64,000 nt of DNA from the human T2T-CHM13v2.0 reference genome, Homo sapiens. Both the position numbers and the translations under genes were made by a program. This document shows, one piece after another, positions 19,948-39,270 of the stretch. The stretch lies in the NCBI RefSeq assembly GCF_009914755.1, contig NC_060948.1. One strand, 5' to 3'. The notes under the pieces are model-generated. The model was not told the DNA's origin, ran no database searches, and worked only from the letters and a program-made list of their open reading frames with translations. How positions within the stretch are numbered: position 1 is the stretch's first letter; every line of letters starts with the position of its first letter.

Positions 19948-20824
19948 TTAATTTTAAGTTTAATTTTTAGTCTTGTCAAAGTGATAGATGTATAAGGCTC
20001 AAAAGTGAAGCAGTACCTCTTGCCCTCAATGTTCACTCTTATATTTTTTTTTCCTGGGATGTATTTCTATTTTGAAATAACATATTTGTTCAGAAATCTC
20101 GAGTGTGTTTCTTTTTTTTAGATGGTGCCTATTAATTTTCTATTTTCATCTTCCTGATGTGGCTACATCACTAATGTTTACTAAATGAATAGTCAAGCTT
20201 ACATTATGTGAATTCTCTAAATACTGAGATGTGCTTAACTTCCCTTCTTTGTATAAATTCTTGCATTTTCTAAACTTGCTTCCAGTTCATGTCTTCCCTA
20301 TTAAAATTATTTTCACAGACTTACGATGAGCCTGCCAATCCCTTCCAAATACAATCAGCCACCTAAGGTAGTCACAGGATGATGTTAAACACAGTCTCCT
20401 GGGGTCCTACAGTTCCTTTTCCAACCTGGACTCACCACTTTCTAAGACATCCACAGAGACATCAACCCTAGTATGTCCTGTTTCCAAGTGCCTTGAGTTT
20501 GTGTCCTGGCTTGCTTCTTCTGGTATCTTAGTCAGATAAGTTGGCCTTTCTGCAACTCAGCTTCCATAGCTGGCTGGAAAGTGGGAATAGTAATAGTCAT
20601 GAGCATTAAATGTGATCACAGTTGTAAAATGTTAAGGTCAGTTTCCTACTAATTGTACACAGGATGTTTATTTTTGTGGTCATCTTGAAAATTCCCCAAT
20701 AATTCCTTCATGTTAGCAATGTCAGTTTCTAAATTTCATGTCTCCCTCATGCTCAAATTGCCTTCCCTCATTTCCTCAAATCCAATATTCAAAGACATTA
20801 CCATCAAGAGTGCATGGAGATTAC

Positions 20825-20918
20825 CGTTATGAAGCATTCTGCATGTACAAGAGTTCTGACCTTCATGCTCAGCTACTCTTGGGTCACGGCTGGGTTCTAT
20901 ATGCAATCCTAGACATTC
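20825..20918 (-). pseudogene. Candidate exon (phase 0 to 1)
   Basis: Branch-like ttaac, ccttcacctgttgcag|...aacg|gtaatc; 94 nt open ECLGLHIEPSRDPRVAEHEGQNSCTCRMLHN. Confidence 0.55.
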
Positions 20919-21095
20919 CTGCAACAGGTGAAGGTATCACTGTTAATGTTGGGCTTCCAGTGCTGCTGAGCCTAAGGCAAAGTCCAATCCCCTTTTTATT
21001 TCTCAAGACTTTGCATCTCTTTCTTTTTCTTTCTCTTTCTTTTTCTTTCTCTTTCTTTTCCTTCCTGTCCACTCCTCTCCTCTTCTCTCTTCTCT

Positions 21096-21376
21096 TTTTC
21101 TTTTTTTTGATGGAGTCTCACTCTGTTGCCCAGGCTGGAGTGCAGTGACATGATCTTGGCTCACTGCAACCTCTGCCTCCTGAGTTCAAATGATTCTGTC
21201 CTAAGTAGCTGGAATTACAGGTGTACACCACCACACCCAGCTAATTTTTGTATTTTTAGTGGAGATGAGGTTTTGCCATTTTGGCCAGGCTGGTCTCAAC
21301 CTCCTGACCTCAGGTGATCTGCCCTCCTCAGCCTCCCAAAGTGCTTGGATTACAGGCATAAGCCACGGTGCCTGGC
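21096..21376 (-). mobile_element. Alu (S-like) within a CT-rich tract (21020-21600)
   Basis: Dimeric Alu, low-complexity flanks. Confidence 0.9.
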
Positions 21377-21754
21377 CTCTCATTTTGTTTCTCACTTTCT
21401 CTATCTCTTATTCTCCCTTTCATTTTCTTTCTGTCTTCCAGTCTCTTTCTCTCTTTTTCCCTGCCACTCTGTCTTTGTGTGCATACTTCTGTCATTCTCT
21501 TAGTCTCTCATTCTCTCTTGCATGATCTCTTTTTCTCCCTCTCTCTTTTTGAATTACTCTGTCATTCTCTCTCTCTCTGTCTTTCTCCTTCTGCCTTCCC
21601 ACTCCCCAAACTATTCTAGAGTCCTTTCTCTTCACCCTTCACACTCTAAAATATCACAACAATGTTCCCTCATGTGAGTCATTTGCCTCCCTGTCTCCTG
21701 GGGACCCAGAAACTTAGAGGTTCTTCTATACTTTCATAAAACATTCTCATTTCA

Positions 21755-22067
21755 AGCTGGGCATAGTGGCTCATTACTGTAATCCCAGTGCTTTGAGAGG
21801 TTGAGAAGGGCAGATCTCTTGAGTCCAAGAGTTTGAAACCAGCCTGGCAACATGGTGAAACCCTGTCTGCTAAAAACACAAAACAAATTTCCCTGGCATG
21901 GGGGTGAACACCCATGGTCCCAGCTACTCAAGGGGCTGAGGTGGGAGGATCACTTGAGCCTGGGATGTCAAAGCTGCGGTGAGGCATGATTGCACACTGC
22001 ACTCCAGCCTGGACAACAGAGTAAGAACCTGTCTCCAAAAAAAAAAAAAAAAAGAGAGAGAGAGAGA
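21755..22067 (+). mobile_element. Alu (J-like)
   Basis: Dimeric Alu, A/(GA)n tail. Confidence 0.9.
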
Positions 22068-22572
22068 AAAACCATTCTCATTTCCAGCCATTTACCCCTT
22101 CTTTTCTTAAACATAGAAGCAACCTTGGTTTAATTTCTCTAATTTTCAATGTAGCATGTTTAAAGAGTAGAAGAGATACCTTGACCTCTAGAAGCAAATT
22201 AACATAGGCATTGATGAGTCTCATCTTCCTACTTAATGAACATGTTCTGATTGATGGCTCATGTTTTGAGGCAGCGCACTGAGGATCAGAAATAAAAAGG
22301 CTGACAGAAACATGTTTTCCTTTTAAGCTCAGATAGTCTAATGGGAAATTCAGATTTATAAATGAAGAACTGGGACTTACCATTAGGCATAGCAGGTTTA
22401 ATAGAGTGGTTTATATTAATCCCCTTGTGTATGTGTGTGCGTGTGTGTCCACATGGGTGTCTGCCTCCTTTTTCTCTTTTTACCCCTCCTCAAAATGGAT
22501 GTAGGCTGGAATTAAAAGGAAAACAAGGACAGAGAGAATGTGTGAGAACAGGGCAAACAAAAGATGAGGATG

Positions 22573-22880
22573 GGGTGGGGCACAGTGGCTCATGCCTGTA
22601 ATCCCAGCACTTTGGGAGGCCAAGGAGAGCAGAACACCTGAGGCCAGGAGTTTAAGAGGAGCCCGACCAACACGGTGAAACTCAGTCTGTACTAAAAACA
22701 CAAAAATTATCCAGGCTCCTTGGTGTGTGCATGTAGTCTCAGCTACTCAGGCAGCTGATGTAGGAGAATTGCTTGAACCCAGGAAGCAGAGGTAGTAGTG
22801 AGCTGAGATCATGCCCCTGCACTCCAGCCTTGGCAACAGAGTGAGGCTTTGTCTCAAACAAACAAACAAACAAACAAAAA
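22573..22880 (+). mobile_element. Alu (S-like) with 14-bp TSD
   Basis: TSD aaaagatgaggatg at 22559-22572 and 22881-22894. Confidence 0.9.
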
Positions 22881-22922
22881 AAAAGATGAGGATGACCTTT
22901 TGAAGGCTTGGATGCGGATAGA

Positions 22923-23248
22923 TGCTGTGGTCTGAATGTGCGTATCTCCTGAAAATTACTATGTTGAATCTTCGTCCCCAAAGTGATGGTGACAGGAGGT
23001 GGTATCTATGGAAGGAGATGAGATCATGCATGTGGAGCCTCATGAAAGGATGAATGCCCTTTTAAAAGAGAAACTAGAGAGCTTCCTCATCGTTTCTACC
23101 ATGAGAGGACACAGCAAGAAGGTGCTGTCCATGAAACCAGGAAGCAGATCCCCACCAGATACTGAATCTGCCACACCTTGATCAGCCTCCAGAACTGTAA
23201 GCAAAAATATTTGTTGTCTATAATCCTCCCAGCCCAAATGGACTAAGA
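22923..23248 (+). mobile_element. MLT1A-like LTR
   Basis: tgctgtggtctgaatgtg...ggacacagcaagaagg...cagcctccagaactgt...ggactaaga. Confidence 0.8.
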
Positions 23249-23306
23249 ACCTAAGCTATAGTAACTGTCATGGCAGGCAGGAGAAAGAAGGAGGCAATGA
23301 ACTCAC

Positions 23307-23523
23307 AGCAGTGGACAGGAAAAGCCAATGAAAAGCTACAGAGCTCTTAAAAATTTCAGGAATTGGGGGCAGCATGTGGCTTTCCAGATGCAGACACAGA
23401 CAGGGCTGGAAGCAGGAGTAGTGCTTGTCAGAAGAATTCTCCTCCCACTCTTAGCAGCCAGATGAATAAACTGCTTGGAAATATAATCAGTGATGAACAA
23501 GCAGAGATCTAGATTCATGGAAG
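23307..23523 (-). pseudogene. Candidate exon, 217 nt, one probable frameshift
   Basis: ctttactctcagctctccccag|...gct|gtgagt; SMNLDLCLFITDYISKQFIHLAAKSG / ENSSDKHYSCFQPCLCLHLESHMLPPIPEIFKSSVAFHWLFLSTA ending in phase 0. Confidence 0.55.
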
Positions 23524-23721
23524 CTGGGGAGAGCTGAGAGTAAAGGTGAGATACTGTGCCCAAGGCGAGACATTAAGACAAAGCCTGACCCTCCCAAATA
23601 TGTACCCCAAAGAAATAAAAACAGACACAAAAAAGTACACACACATCCACCTTCATAGCAGGGACTGAAGTAGCACATTTTAGTGTTCACTATTCCAGAG
23701 ATGCTCACTCTCTCTATGTAT

Positions 23722-24031
23722 ATTTTTTGAGACAGGGTCTCACTCTGTTGCCCAGGCTAAAGTACAGCAACCCAACCACAGATCACTTCAACTTCAATCT
23801 CCCAGGTTCAAGCCATCCTCCTATTTCACCCCCCCAACCCTGCCCCCACCGCAAGTATCTGAGACTACAGGTGCACTCCACGACACCAGGCTATTTTTTA
23901 TATTCTCTTTTTTTAGAGATGAGGTTTCACCATGTTACCCAGACTGGTCTCAAACTCCTGAGCTCAAGCAATCTGCCTGCCTTGGCCTTCTAAAGTGTTG
24001 GGATAACAGGTGTGAGCCACTGCATCTGGCC
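23722..24031 (-). mobile_element. Alu (J-like)
   Basis: Dimeric Alu. Confidence 0.85.
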
Positions 24032-24044
24032 CATGCTCTATATT

Positions 24045-24300
24045 TTTCTTTCTTTTTTTTTTTTAACATTTTTTCATTTTTATTTTAGATTTGATGGTAC
24101 ATGGGAAGTTTTGTTACATAGGTAAACATGTGTCATGGGAGTTTTTGCACAGATTGTTTCATCACCCAGGTATTACGCCCAGGACCCAATAGCCATCTTT
24201 CCTGCTTCTCTCCCTCCCCCGATTCTCCACCCTCAAGTAGGCCCCAGTATCTGTTGTTTCCTTCTTGGTGTTCATAAGTTCCCATCATTTAGCTCACAGC
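24045..24300 (-). mobile_element. Short L1 3' end (old L1PA/L1PB)
   Basis: ttgttacataggtaaacatgtgtcatgg...catcacccaggtatta. Confidence 0.75.
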
Positions 24301-24719
24301 TCTATTTTTTTTTTTTTTCTGAGACAGGGTCTCACTTTTTTACTTTATACATATATATATTTATATATATAAAATATATATACACACAAATACAACACAA
24401 ATATATGTGGAAAGATAGAGGTGTGTGTATATATACACAAAAAATCTACTTTATATATGTAAAGTACATTTTTTTACATATATATATATATATATGAGAG
24501 AGAGAGACAGAATATTAGATTCATTGGGGGTGATGTAGAAATGAATTAACTTCTTGTTACTTTCACTCCATAAAATACATTTAAGAGTCTGGAGATTTTA
24601 CAAGGAAAGAGTAAGAATTAAGGAAGTCTTTTAAGTTCCACTTGAAAATCATGTTATATTGGATCATGTTATATTGGAAGTATTCCACTCACTTGCTTCA
24701 ATATTCGAGACTCTCATTT

Positions 24720-25179
24720 TTTTTCTTTTCTTTTTTTTCTTCCTTCCTCCCAACCTCCCCATCCCCTCCTCTCCCTTCCCTTCCCCTTCACTTCTGTTCC
24801 CTTCTTTTATGTTATGATATGTTATGTTATGTTATGTTATGTTATGTTATGTTATGTTATGTTATGTTATGTTATGTTATTATTTTTGAGATGCATTATC
24901 ACCCTGTAATGCAGGTTAGAGTGCAATGGCTGGATCATGGCTTGCTGCAGCCTTGACTTCCCCACTTGAGAGATCTTCCAACCTCTGACTCCTCAGTAGC
25001 TGGGACTAGCTGGGACTACGGGCCCATGCCACCATGCCCAGCTTATTTTTGTATTCTTTGTAGAGATGGAGTCTCACTATATTGCCCAGGCTAGTCTCAA
25101 ACTCCTGGGCTCAAGCAATCCTCCCACCTTGTCCTGCTAAATTTCTGGGATTATAGAAGTGGGCCACTGTGTCCAGCTA
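24720..25179 (-). mobile_element. AluJ-like with tail expanded into a compound microsatellite incl. (TGTTA)n
   Basis: TSD agactctcattt at 24708-24719 and 25180-25191. Confidence 0.85.
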
Positions 25180-25278
25180 AGACTCTCATTTCTTACCAAG
25201 AACTGATAGTATGTCTTATTTTGGTTATTAGTTGAATTTTAGGATATTTCATTAATACACAAAAATAATTAAAATTGA

Positions 25279-25600
25279 TGGCCAGGTGCAGTGGCTTACA
25301 TCTGTAATCTCAGCACTTTAGGAGGCTGAAGTGGGTATACTGCTTGAGTCCAGGAGTTCGAGACCAGCCTGGGCAACATAGCAAGAACCCATTACTAAAA
25401 AAGTATTTTTAAAATAGCTTGGTGTGGTGGTGCATTCCTGTAGTCCCACTACTCAGAGACTGAGGTGGGAGGACCATCTGAGCACAAGAGATAGTGGTTG
25501 CAGTGAGCCATGATGGCACCACTCTACTCCAGCTTGGGTGACAGAGTGAGATCCTATCTCAAAAATAGATAAATAAAATACACATAAAATAAAATATGTA
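25279..25600 (+). mobile_element. Alu (J-like)
   Basis: Dimeric Alu. Confidence 0.9.
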
Positions 25601-25827
25601 AATACACATAAAATAGTAAGCTGTTTTCATTCTTAAAGAGACAATATGTTTTAAAATAGCTTCACATGACATGAAGTCTAGTGGTTTTCTTGTCTAGAGA
25701 AAGATCAAAGTTAACACCTTTAAGAGGTGACCAGTGGTATACAGGATGTGTTGCTTCACAAAACAGTGAGGAGGAAATATAAAAAGAAAAACAAGCTCAT
25801 TCTCAACCTATTCTACCACTAACATGG

Positions 25828-26196
25828 TAAAGTCTGTTTTTAAAAAACACACAGGCCAGGAGTGTTGGCTCACGCTTATAATCCCAGCACTTTGGGAAGC
25901 TGATCCAAGAGGATTGCTTGAGTTCAGGAGTTCAAGACCAACCTGGGCTACACAATGACACCCTGTCTCAATGAAAATAAAGATAAAAGTAGCCAGGCAT
26001 GGTAGCAGGAGCCTGTAACCCCAGCTACTCAGGAGACAGAGGTTGCAGTGAGCTGAGATGGCACTGCTGTACTTCAGCCTGGGTGGCAGAGCAAGACTTT
26101 GAAAACACACACACATACAAACACACACAAACACACACACACACAGTGACTCAAATGTGAAAAGATGCTCAAAATTACTCATGATGAAAGAAATTT
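25828..26196 (+). repeat. Left arm of local inverted duplication (Alu plus flanks)
   Basis: Reverse complement of 26771-27113, including non-Alu flanks and the same internal Alu deletion. Confidence 0.9.
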
Positions 26197-26770
26197 CAAA
26201 ACAATGCCACTAACGCTATTTTTGAATTTATTTTCTTCATGGATATTTCTGTTCCTGGTCTGTTCCAGTTCTGAAATTCTAATTGACTTCTTGGTACAAT
26301 CATGTGATATCAAAAATGCTGAAAACGTCCCACCACTACAGTGTAAATAAATCAGCTGTTAGAATTATTTTCTTTTTCTTTCATGCATAGGTGAGTATAT
26401 CATATTTTCTGTAGATCAAGAATAATAGAATAAACACCATGTACCATGCAATTTAAATCAAAACATGTATCTCATACCTTAAAAGCACCTCGTGTGTCTC
26501 TTAACCCTGCATTTATGTTAACCACATATGGTATTCATCAACGTGTTTTATATATAGCTTAGTGATATGTTTCATCTCTACACTGCATATTATGTTCTCT
26601 CTCTGTGTTTTTGTTTTGTGTTGTTTTTTAGAGGCAGGGTCTCACTGTGTTGCCCATGCTGGAGTAGAATGGCACAATCAGCCTCCCAAGAAGCTAGGAC
26701 TACTGGCGGCACAACCATGCTGGGATAATATTTTTATTTACTTCTTAGATATACCTGTAGCAGTTTTAAA

Positions 26771-27094
26771 AAATTTCATTCATCATGAGTAATGTTGAGC
26801 ATCTTTTTATATGTTTGAGTCACTGTGTGTTTGTATTTTCAAAGTCTTGCTCTGCCACCCAGGCTGAAGTGCAGCAGTGCCGTCTCAGCTCACTGCAACC
26901 TCTGTCTCCTGAGTAGCTGGGATTACAGGCTCCTTCTACAATGCCTGGCTACTTTTATTTTTATTTTCGTTGATACAGGGTGTCATTGTGTAACCCAGGC
27001 TGGTCTTGAACTCCTGGACTCAAGCAATCCTCTTGGATCAGCTCCCCAAAGTGCTGGGATTATCAGTGTGAGCCAACACTCCTGGCCTGTGTGT

Positions 27095-27113
<19 letters not shown>
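26771..27113 (-). repeat. Right arm of local inverted duplication
   Basis: Matches the left arm; continues into the L1MC 3' end. Confidence 0.9.
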
Positions 27114-28930
<1,817 letters not shown>

Positions 28931-28944
28931 ACTTCTCCTTGAAT

Positions 28945-29267
28945 TGTTCTTGTTTTTTTCTTTTTTTCTTTTTGTTTTGTTTTTTGAGACAGGTCTCACT
29001 CTATTGCCCAGACTGGAATTCCTTCGTGTGTTCATAGCTCATTGCAGCCTTGACTTCCCGAGCCCAAGTGATCCTCCCACCTCAGCCTTCCAAGTAGCTG
29101 GGACTACAGGTACATGCCACCACACCCAGCTAATTTTTGTATTTTTGTAGAGATGGGGCCTCACTCTGTTGCCCAGGCTGGTTTCAAACGCCTGCACTCA
29201 GGCAAACCAGCCACCTCAGCCTCCAAAATTTCTGGGATTACAGGAGTGAGCAACCATGTCCCACCTG
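28945..29267 (-). mobile_element. Alu (J-like)
   Basis: Dimeric Alu. Confidence 0.9.
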
Positions 29268-30000
29268 TTCCTGACTTTAAAGAGACCACTTTTAATATTC
29301 CACTCTTTATTATGTCATGCATTTTTCTGCAGAAAGCTTTTATCAGATTAAGGAAGTTTGTATTTATTCCTAGTTTGTTATATCCTGAATGGGTGTTCAA
29401 TTTTATCACAGCTGCTTTCTGCATCAATTGATATGAGAAATATTTTGTTTTTATTTGCTTTTTTCTCCTTTAATCTGTAAACATTTAAAGTACAATTATA
29501 GATTTGTCTATTGTTGAAACTTGCTGACATTTGTACCCCACAAAGGGTACATAGAGAGATTGGTCTATAATTTCTTTTCCCATGCTATATTTTTTGAGTT
29601 TGTTGAGTTTGAATATCAAAATATCCTTGGCCTCAAAATACATTGCAGATGTTGCTTCTTTTTCTGTTGTATGAAGGAGTTTAGGTAATACATGAATTTT
29701 CTTCTTCCTAATAATACAAGCTAGGTCTAGCATTCTCTTGGTGAGAAGCTTTTTAACCACTCACTCAATGTATTACATTGCTACAATACCATTTTGGTAG
29801 TCTATATTTACTTGAGTCAGTTTGGGTAAAACATACTGTTCCATGAATGTGTCCATTGTGTCTAAAGTTTTTAAATACACTGGAATAATTATTCCTACTA
29901 TCATCTTATTTTCCTTATAAACTCAGCTACATCCAGAGTTATATTCCTTTTTTCTTCTTAATATTATTTATTGGCATATGCTGTTTATTTTTATTTGCAA
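29268..30000 (-). mobile_element. Ancient L1M ORF2 fragments
   Basis: Degenerate RT-like translation (KLGINTNFLNLIKA, IIKSGILKVVSLKSGT). Confidence 0.6.
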
Positions 30001-30019
30001 TCTTAGCAGATTTTATTAA

Positions 30020-30460
30020 TTCTATTATTTTTATTGTCATTTATTTTTAATGTTACTACAAATTAAAATTTGATTTAAAGTAAAATGAAGTTTATTAAAT
30101 GTTAATTAAAATAAAATTAAACTAATTTAAGCTATTGCATTATTTTAATTTGATTTTTATTATATTATTATTACTTATCAATTTTATGTTACAAAAACTT
30201 CCACTTACACCAAAATCCAAGGATGTTCAAGGCCCTTATATAAAATCATGCTATGAAATGTTTATGTTATAAAATGTTATCTAATAACATTTACTAATAA
30301 CTAATAAAATAACAAAAAATTAAAGTGATAAAAATAAATTTTAACTAATTTTATTTAAATTAACAGTTAAAGTAAGCAATTAAGTGTTTAAATGCATTTT
30401 TACCCCTTAAAAAACAATTCTACTGAAATTACCTTAGTAAAATTAAATAATTTTTTAACT
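30020..30460. repeat. AT-rich low complexity with a short MER2 fragment (~30200-30250)
   Basis: Very A/T rich; accaaaatccaaggatgttcaag. Confidence 0.7.
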
Positions 30461-30707
30461 TTGTCTATTTTGATCTCTCTTTTATTTTCTCCTCTAATTT
30501 AGTGAATTCTACTGTTTTTGTTTTATTTTCTTCTACTCTTTCTTGTTATTCTTCATTTCTTTTCTAACTTCTTGAGTGGGATGCTTAGTGTATTTTTCTG
30601 TGCTGTTTATTTTCCTTTAGGTAAGAGAATTAAAGTTTGAAAGGCACATCAATGACACATCAGTTGCATTCCATCGCTTCTGAGCTGTGCATCTGAGTTC
30701 CAAGGAG

Positions 30708-30929
30708 TCATGAAAGCAGCTTGAAAATGTTTTCTTCCGGAACCAAAAGTGTCTGTGTCAATACAATGGTAGGTGGGTATAAAAGAGAAAACCTCCACAT
30801 GGGAAGCCCACTCTGTTCTCCTCCACTCTCTGCAGGTGAATTTGGAAAGAAGAACTGACATTCTGAATACTTTTCAGAAAGTATCCAGGCACTGGAGAGC
30901 TGGAAGCAAGAAGAAGATGCCATCGGATC
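30708..30929 (-). pseudogene. Candidate exon (end undefined)
   Basis: ttccctgtttag| after a 104-nt GT-AG intron (31033-30930); long open stretch in two frames. Confidence 0.4.
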
Positions 30930-31033
30930 CTAAACAGGGAATCCAGTAATTTGTTGAAAATGAAAACAGTCTGGGGGAAGTGTGTCCCTTCAACTTTGTA
31001 CTCAAAGTATCTCCAACCACATGGCAAAATTAC

Positions 31034-31159
31034 CTAACTTGGCACAAATAAATCCCATGTGGGAAGAAGACAGTCCCAAGGGGCAGAAGTCATCAGGCCT
31101 GCATTTTTGCACATGGTTTAGACTAATCTCTGACAATTCCCCTTGCATCCCAGGCACCT
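31034..31159 (-). pseudogene. Candidate exon, 126 nt, with stops
   Basis: tcctctgcccag|...ttag|gtaatt; length divisible by 3. Confidence 0.4.
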
Positions 31160-31371
31160 CTGGGCAGAGGATTGGGTGCATGGCTTAAGCAGGCTTGGAA
31201 GAACAGGGGACTAGGGCAAAGAGGCCTGGGGAAGGGGCCTGGGTGGAGTGCACTGAGTCAAAGATGGTAACTTGGCCTGTTCTCCCTGAAGGAGAGGAGT
31301 GAGGAGGATCTTCTCAGCCTGAGTACACACCTGTTTTGTCTTTTAGGCCAAAGAAAGGACCTCAATAGCCT

Positions 31372-31550
31372 CAGGGAGTTGGTTCTAGGACTTCCACTAA
31401 TACCAGAATCCAAGAATGCTCAAGTACCTTATGTAAAATGATGCAACATTTCCATACCACCTAAGCATGTCCTCCCATACACTTTAAACCATCTACCATC
31501 ACTACTTTACTTAATACAGTGTTACTGTTATAAAAATTGTTGATAAACAG
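31372..31550 (+). mobile_element. MER2 (Tigger-group) fragment
   Basis: ttggttctaggac...aatgctcaagtaccttatgtaaaatg...catgtcctcccatacactttaaa. Confidence 0.75.
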
Positions 31551-31625
31551 TATCTTTTTTTGTTTGCTTGTTTAGACACAGGTTCTCACTGTCACTGAGG
31601 CTGGAGTGCAGTAGCACCATCAAAG

Positions 31626-31907
31626 AGAGAGGTGAAGCCAGATGGGCTTCCTGGGTCAAGTGGGAATTGAAGACACAAATAAGGGAATAAAAGTTAGCCA
31701 CCCCAGCCAGCAGTGGCAACCCACTTTGGTCCCCTTCCACGATGTCGAAGCGTTATTCTTTCACTCCTCACAGTAAATTTTGCTGTGGCTCACTCTTTGA
31801 GTCTGTGCCATCTTTAAGAACTCTAACACTCACTGCAAAGGTCCGCAGCTCCATTCTTGAAGTCAGCGAGACCATGAACCCACTGGAAGGAACAAACTGT
31901 TGACACA
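31626..31907 (+). mobile_element. 5' LTR12(F-like) lacking the U3 repeat region
   Basis: Colinear with the 3' LTR apart from a ~155-bp gap; followed by PBS-like tggagaccagaaagggac (31911-31928). Confidence 0.85.
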
Positions 31908-32452
31908 TCTTGGAGACCAGAAAGGGACTATGACCAAGCGGTGAGTACCATTTGACCCCTTTCAATTGCTATTCTGTCCTATTTTTCCTTAGAATTTGGG
32001 GGTTAAAATTCAGGCACTATCAGCCAGTTAAAAGGAATTAGCTTGGCCACCAGACTAAAGACACGGGTGTCAGGCTTTCTGGGAAAAGGCTCTTTTACAA
32101 CTCCCGAGTCTTCAGAGTTGGGAGTGTTAGTTTGCCTGGAACCAGCTTCCCATTTTCTTGCATTTCCAGGCTGAGCCAAGGGTTGACAGAGAGGAAAGCC
32201 ATTCAGTTCCAGGGTACTGACAAAAAGTTCGTTGACCCCGTAGCCATGAGCAGATCTCTCAAAGTCATGTCACCCAAGCAAGACTCACCCAACTATCCTA
32301 TCTATCCTGACTCTTGCCTCCTGGGTCCTAACGCCTGTAAGATACACTTCCTCACACCTCTCTTCTCCGAGGCTAGTCCTACTTCTAAAAACCACTCCCT
32401 GTCATTGGTGCTTTTCTAGTTTCTCCTATATGAATGATTTCTGTTATAAATT

Positions 32453-37722
<5,270 letters not shown>

Positions 37723-38177
37723 TCTGTTGATTGGAATAGTTTCAGAAGGAATGGTACCAGTTCCTCCTTGTACTTCTGGTAGAATTTGGCTGTGAATCCA
37801 TCTGGTCCTGGACTCATTTTGGTTGGTAAGCTATTGATTATTGCCACAATTTCAGAGTCTGTTATTGGTCTATTCAGAGATTCACCTTCTGTCTGGTTTA
37901 GTCTTGAGAGGGTGTATGTGTCGAGGAATTTATCTGCCTCCAATAAGTCAAATATCTAGGCCTAATCTTAGCCAGAGGAACCAGGATCTAATTAAACTCA
38001 AGAGCTTCTGCACAGCAATAGAAACTACCACCAGATGCCACAGAAATACAAACTACCATCAGAGAATACTACAAACACCTCTATGCAAATAAACTAGAAA
38101 ATCTAGAAGAAATGGATAAATTCACTATCACCAGAGTGAACAGGCATCCTACAAAATGGGAGAAAATTTTCACACCT
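37723..38177. other. Templated-insertion mosaic at the L1/HERV9 deletion junction
   Basis: Four pieces copied from the adjacent L1 in both orientations plus one pol piece. Confidence 0.85.
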
Positions 38178-38178
38178 C

Positions 38179-39270
38179 CCAGGGCCCTCAGCAAGGAATG
38201 AATACAGCCTATACTGGCTTATCCTAGCCCCAAGACATTAAAACAGTTGCAAGTGTTCCTTCGAATCACGGGCTTTTGCCAACTATGGATCCATAAATAC
38301 AGTGAGATGGCCAGGCCCCTCTACTCTAACCAAGGAGACTCAGAGGGCAAATACTCATCTAGTAGAATGGGAACCAGAGGCAGAAACAGCCTTCAAAACC
38401 TTAAAGCAGTCCCTAGTACAAACTCCAGGCTTAAGACTTCCAACAGGAAAAAACTTCTCTTTATACATCACAGAGAGAGCAGGAATAGCTCTTGCAGTAC
38501 TTTCTCAGACTTGTGGGACAATCCCACAACCAGTGGCATACCTAAGTAAGGAAATTGATATAGTAGCAAAAACCTGGCCTCACTGTTTATGGGTATTTGT
38601 GGCGGTGGCTGTCTTAGTGTCAGAGGCTACCAAAATAATAACAAGGAAAAGATCTCACTGTCTGGACTACTCATGATGTAAATGCCATACTAGGTGCCAA
38701 GGTAGTTTATGGCTATCTGACAACCACCTGCTTAGATAACAGGCACTACTCTTTGAGGGACTTGTGCTTCAGATATGCACATGTGTGTCCCTTAACCCTG
38801 CCACTTTTCTCCCAGAGGATGGAGAATCAATCGAGTATGACTGCCAACAAATTATAGTCCAGATTTATGCCACCCAAGATCCTCTCTTAGAAGTCCCCTT
38901 AGTCAATCCTGACCTTAACCTATATACCAATGGAAGTTCATTTGTGGAGAATGGGATACAAAGGCAGGTTATGCCATAGTAATGTAACAGTACTTGAAAG
39001 TAAGCCTCTTCCCCCAGGGATGAACTCCCAGTTAGCAGAACTAGTGGCACTAACCTGAGCCTTATTATTGGGAAAGCAAAAAAGAATAAATGTGTATACA
39101 GATAGAGAGCAAGTATGCTTATCTAATCCTACATGCCCATGCTGCAATATGAAAAGAAAGGGCGTTCTTAACCTCTGAGGGAACCCCCATTAAGTACCAC
39201 AAGGGAATCATGGAGTTATTGCACACAGTACAAAAACCCAAGGAAGTGGCTCTCTTACACTGCTGAAGCC
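38179..39270 (+). pseudogene. pol: HERV9 pol remnant (RT 3' part, tether, RNase H)
   Basis: FLRITGFCQLWI, PVAYLSKEID, LYTNGSSFV; frameshifts and stops. Confidence 0.85.

Noticed and set aside
20650-20918. Terminal exon using minus-strand AATAAA at 20667-20672
   Set aside because: The internal donor at 20824 fits the phase chain better, and the hexamer is common by chance
30727-30949. Plus-strand 51-aa ORF formed by splicing a 67-nt GT-AG intron (30769-30835)
   Set aside because: Intron at the lower size limit, no supporting exons, and it overlaps a better-supported minus-strand exon
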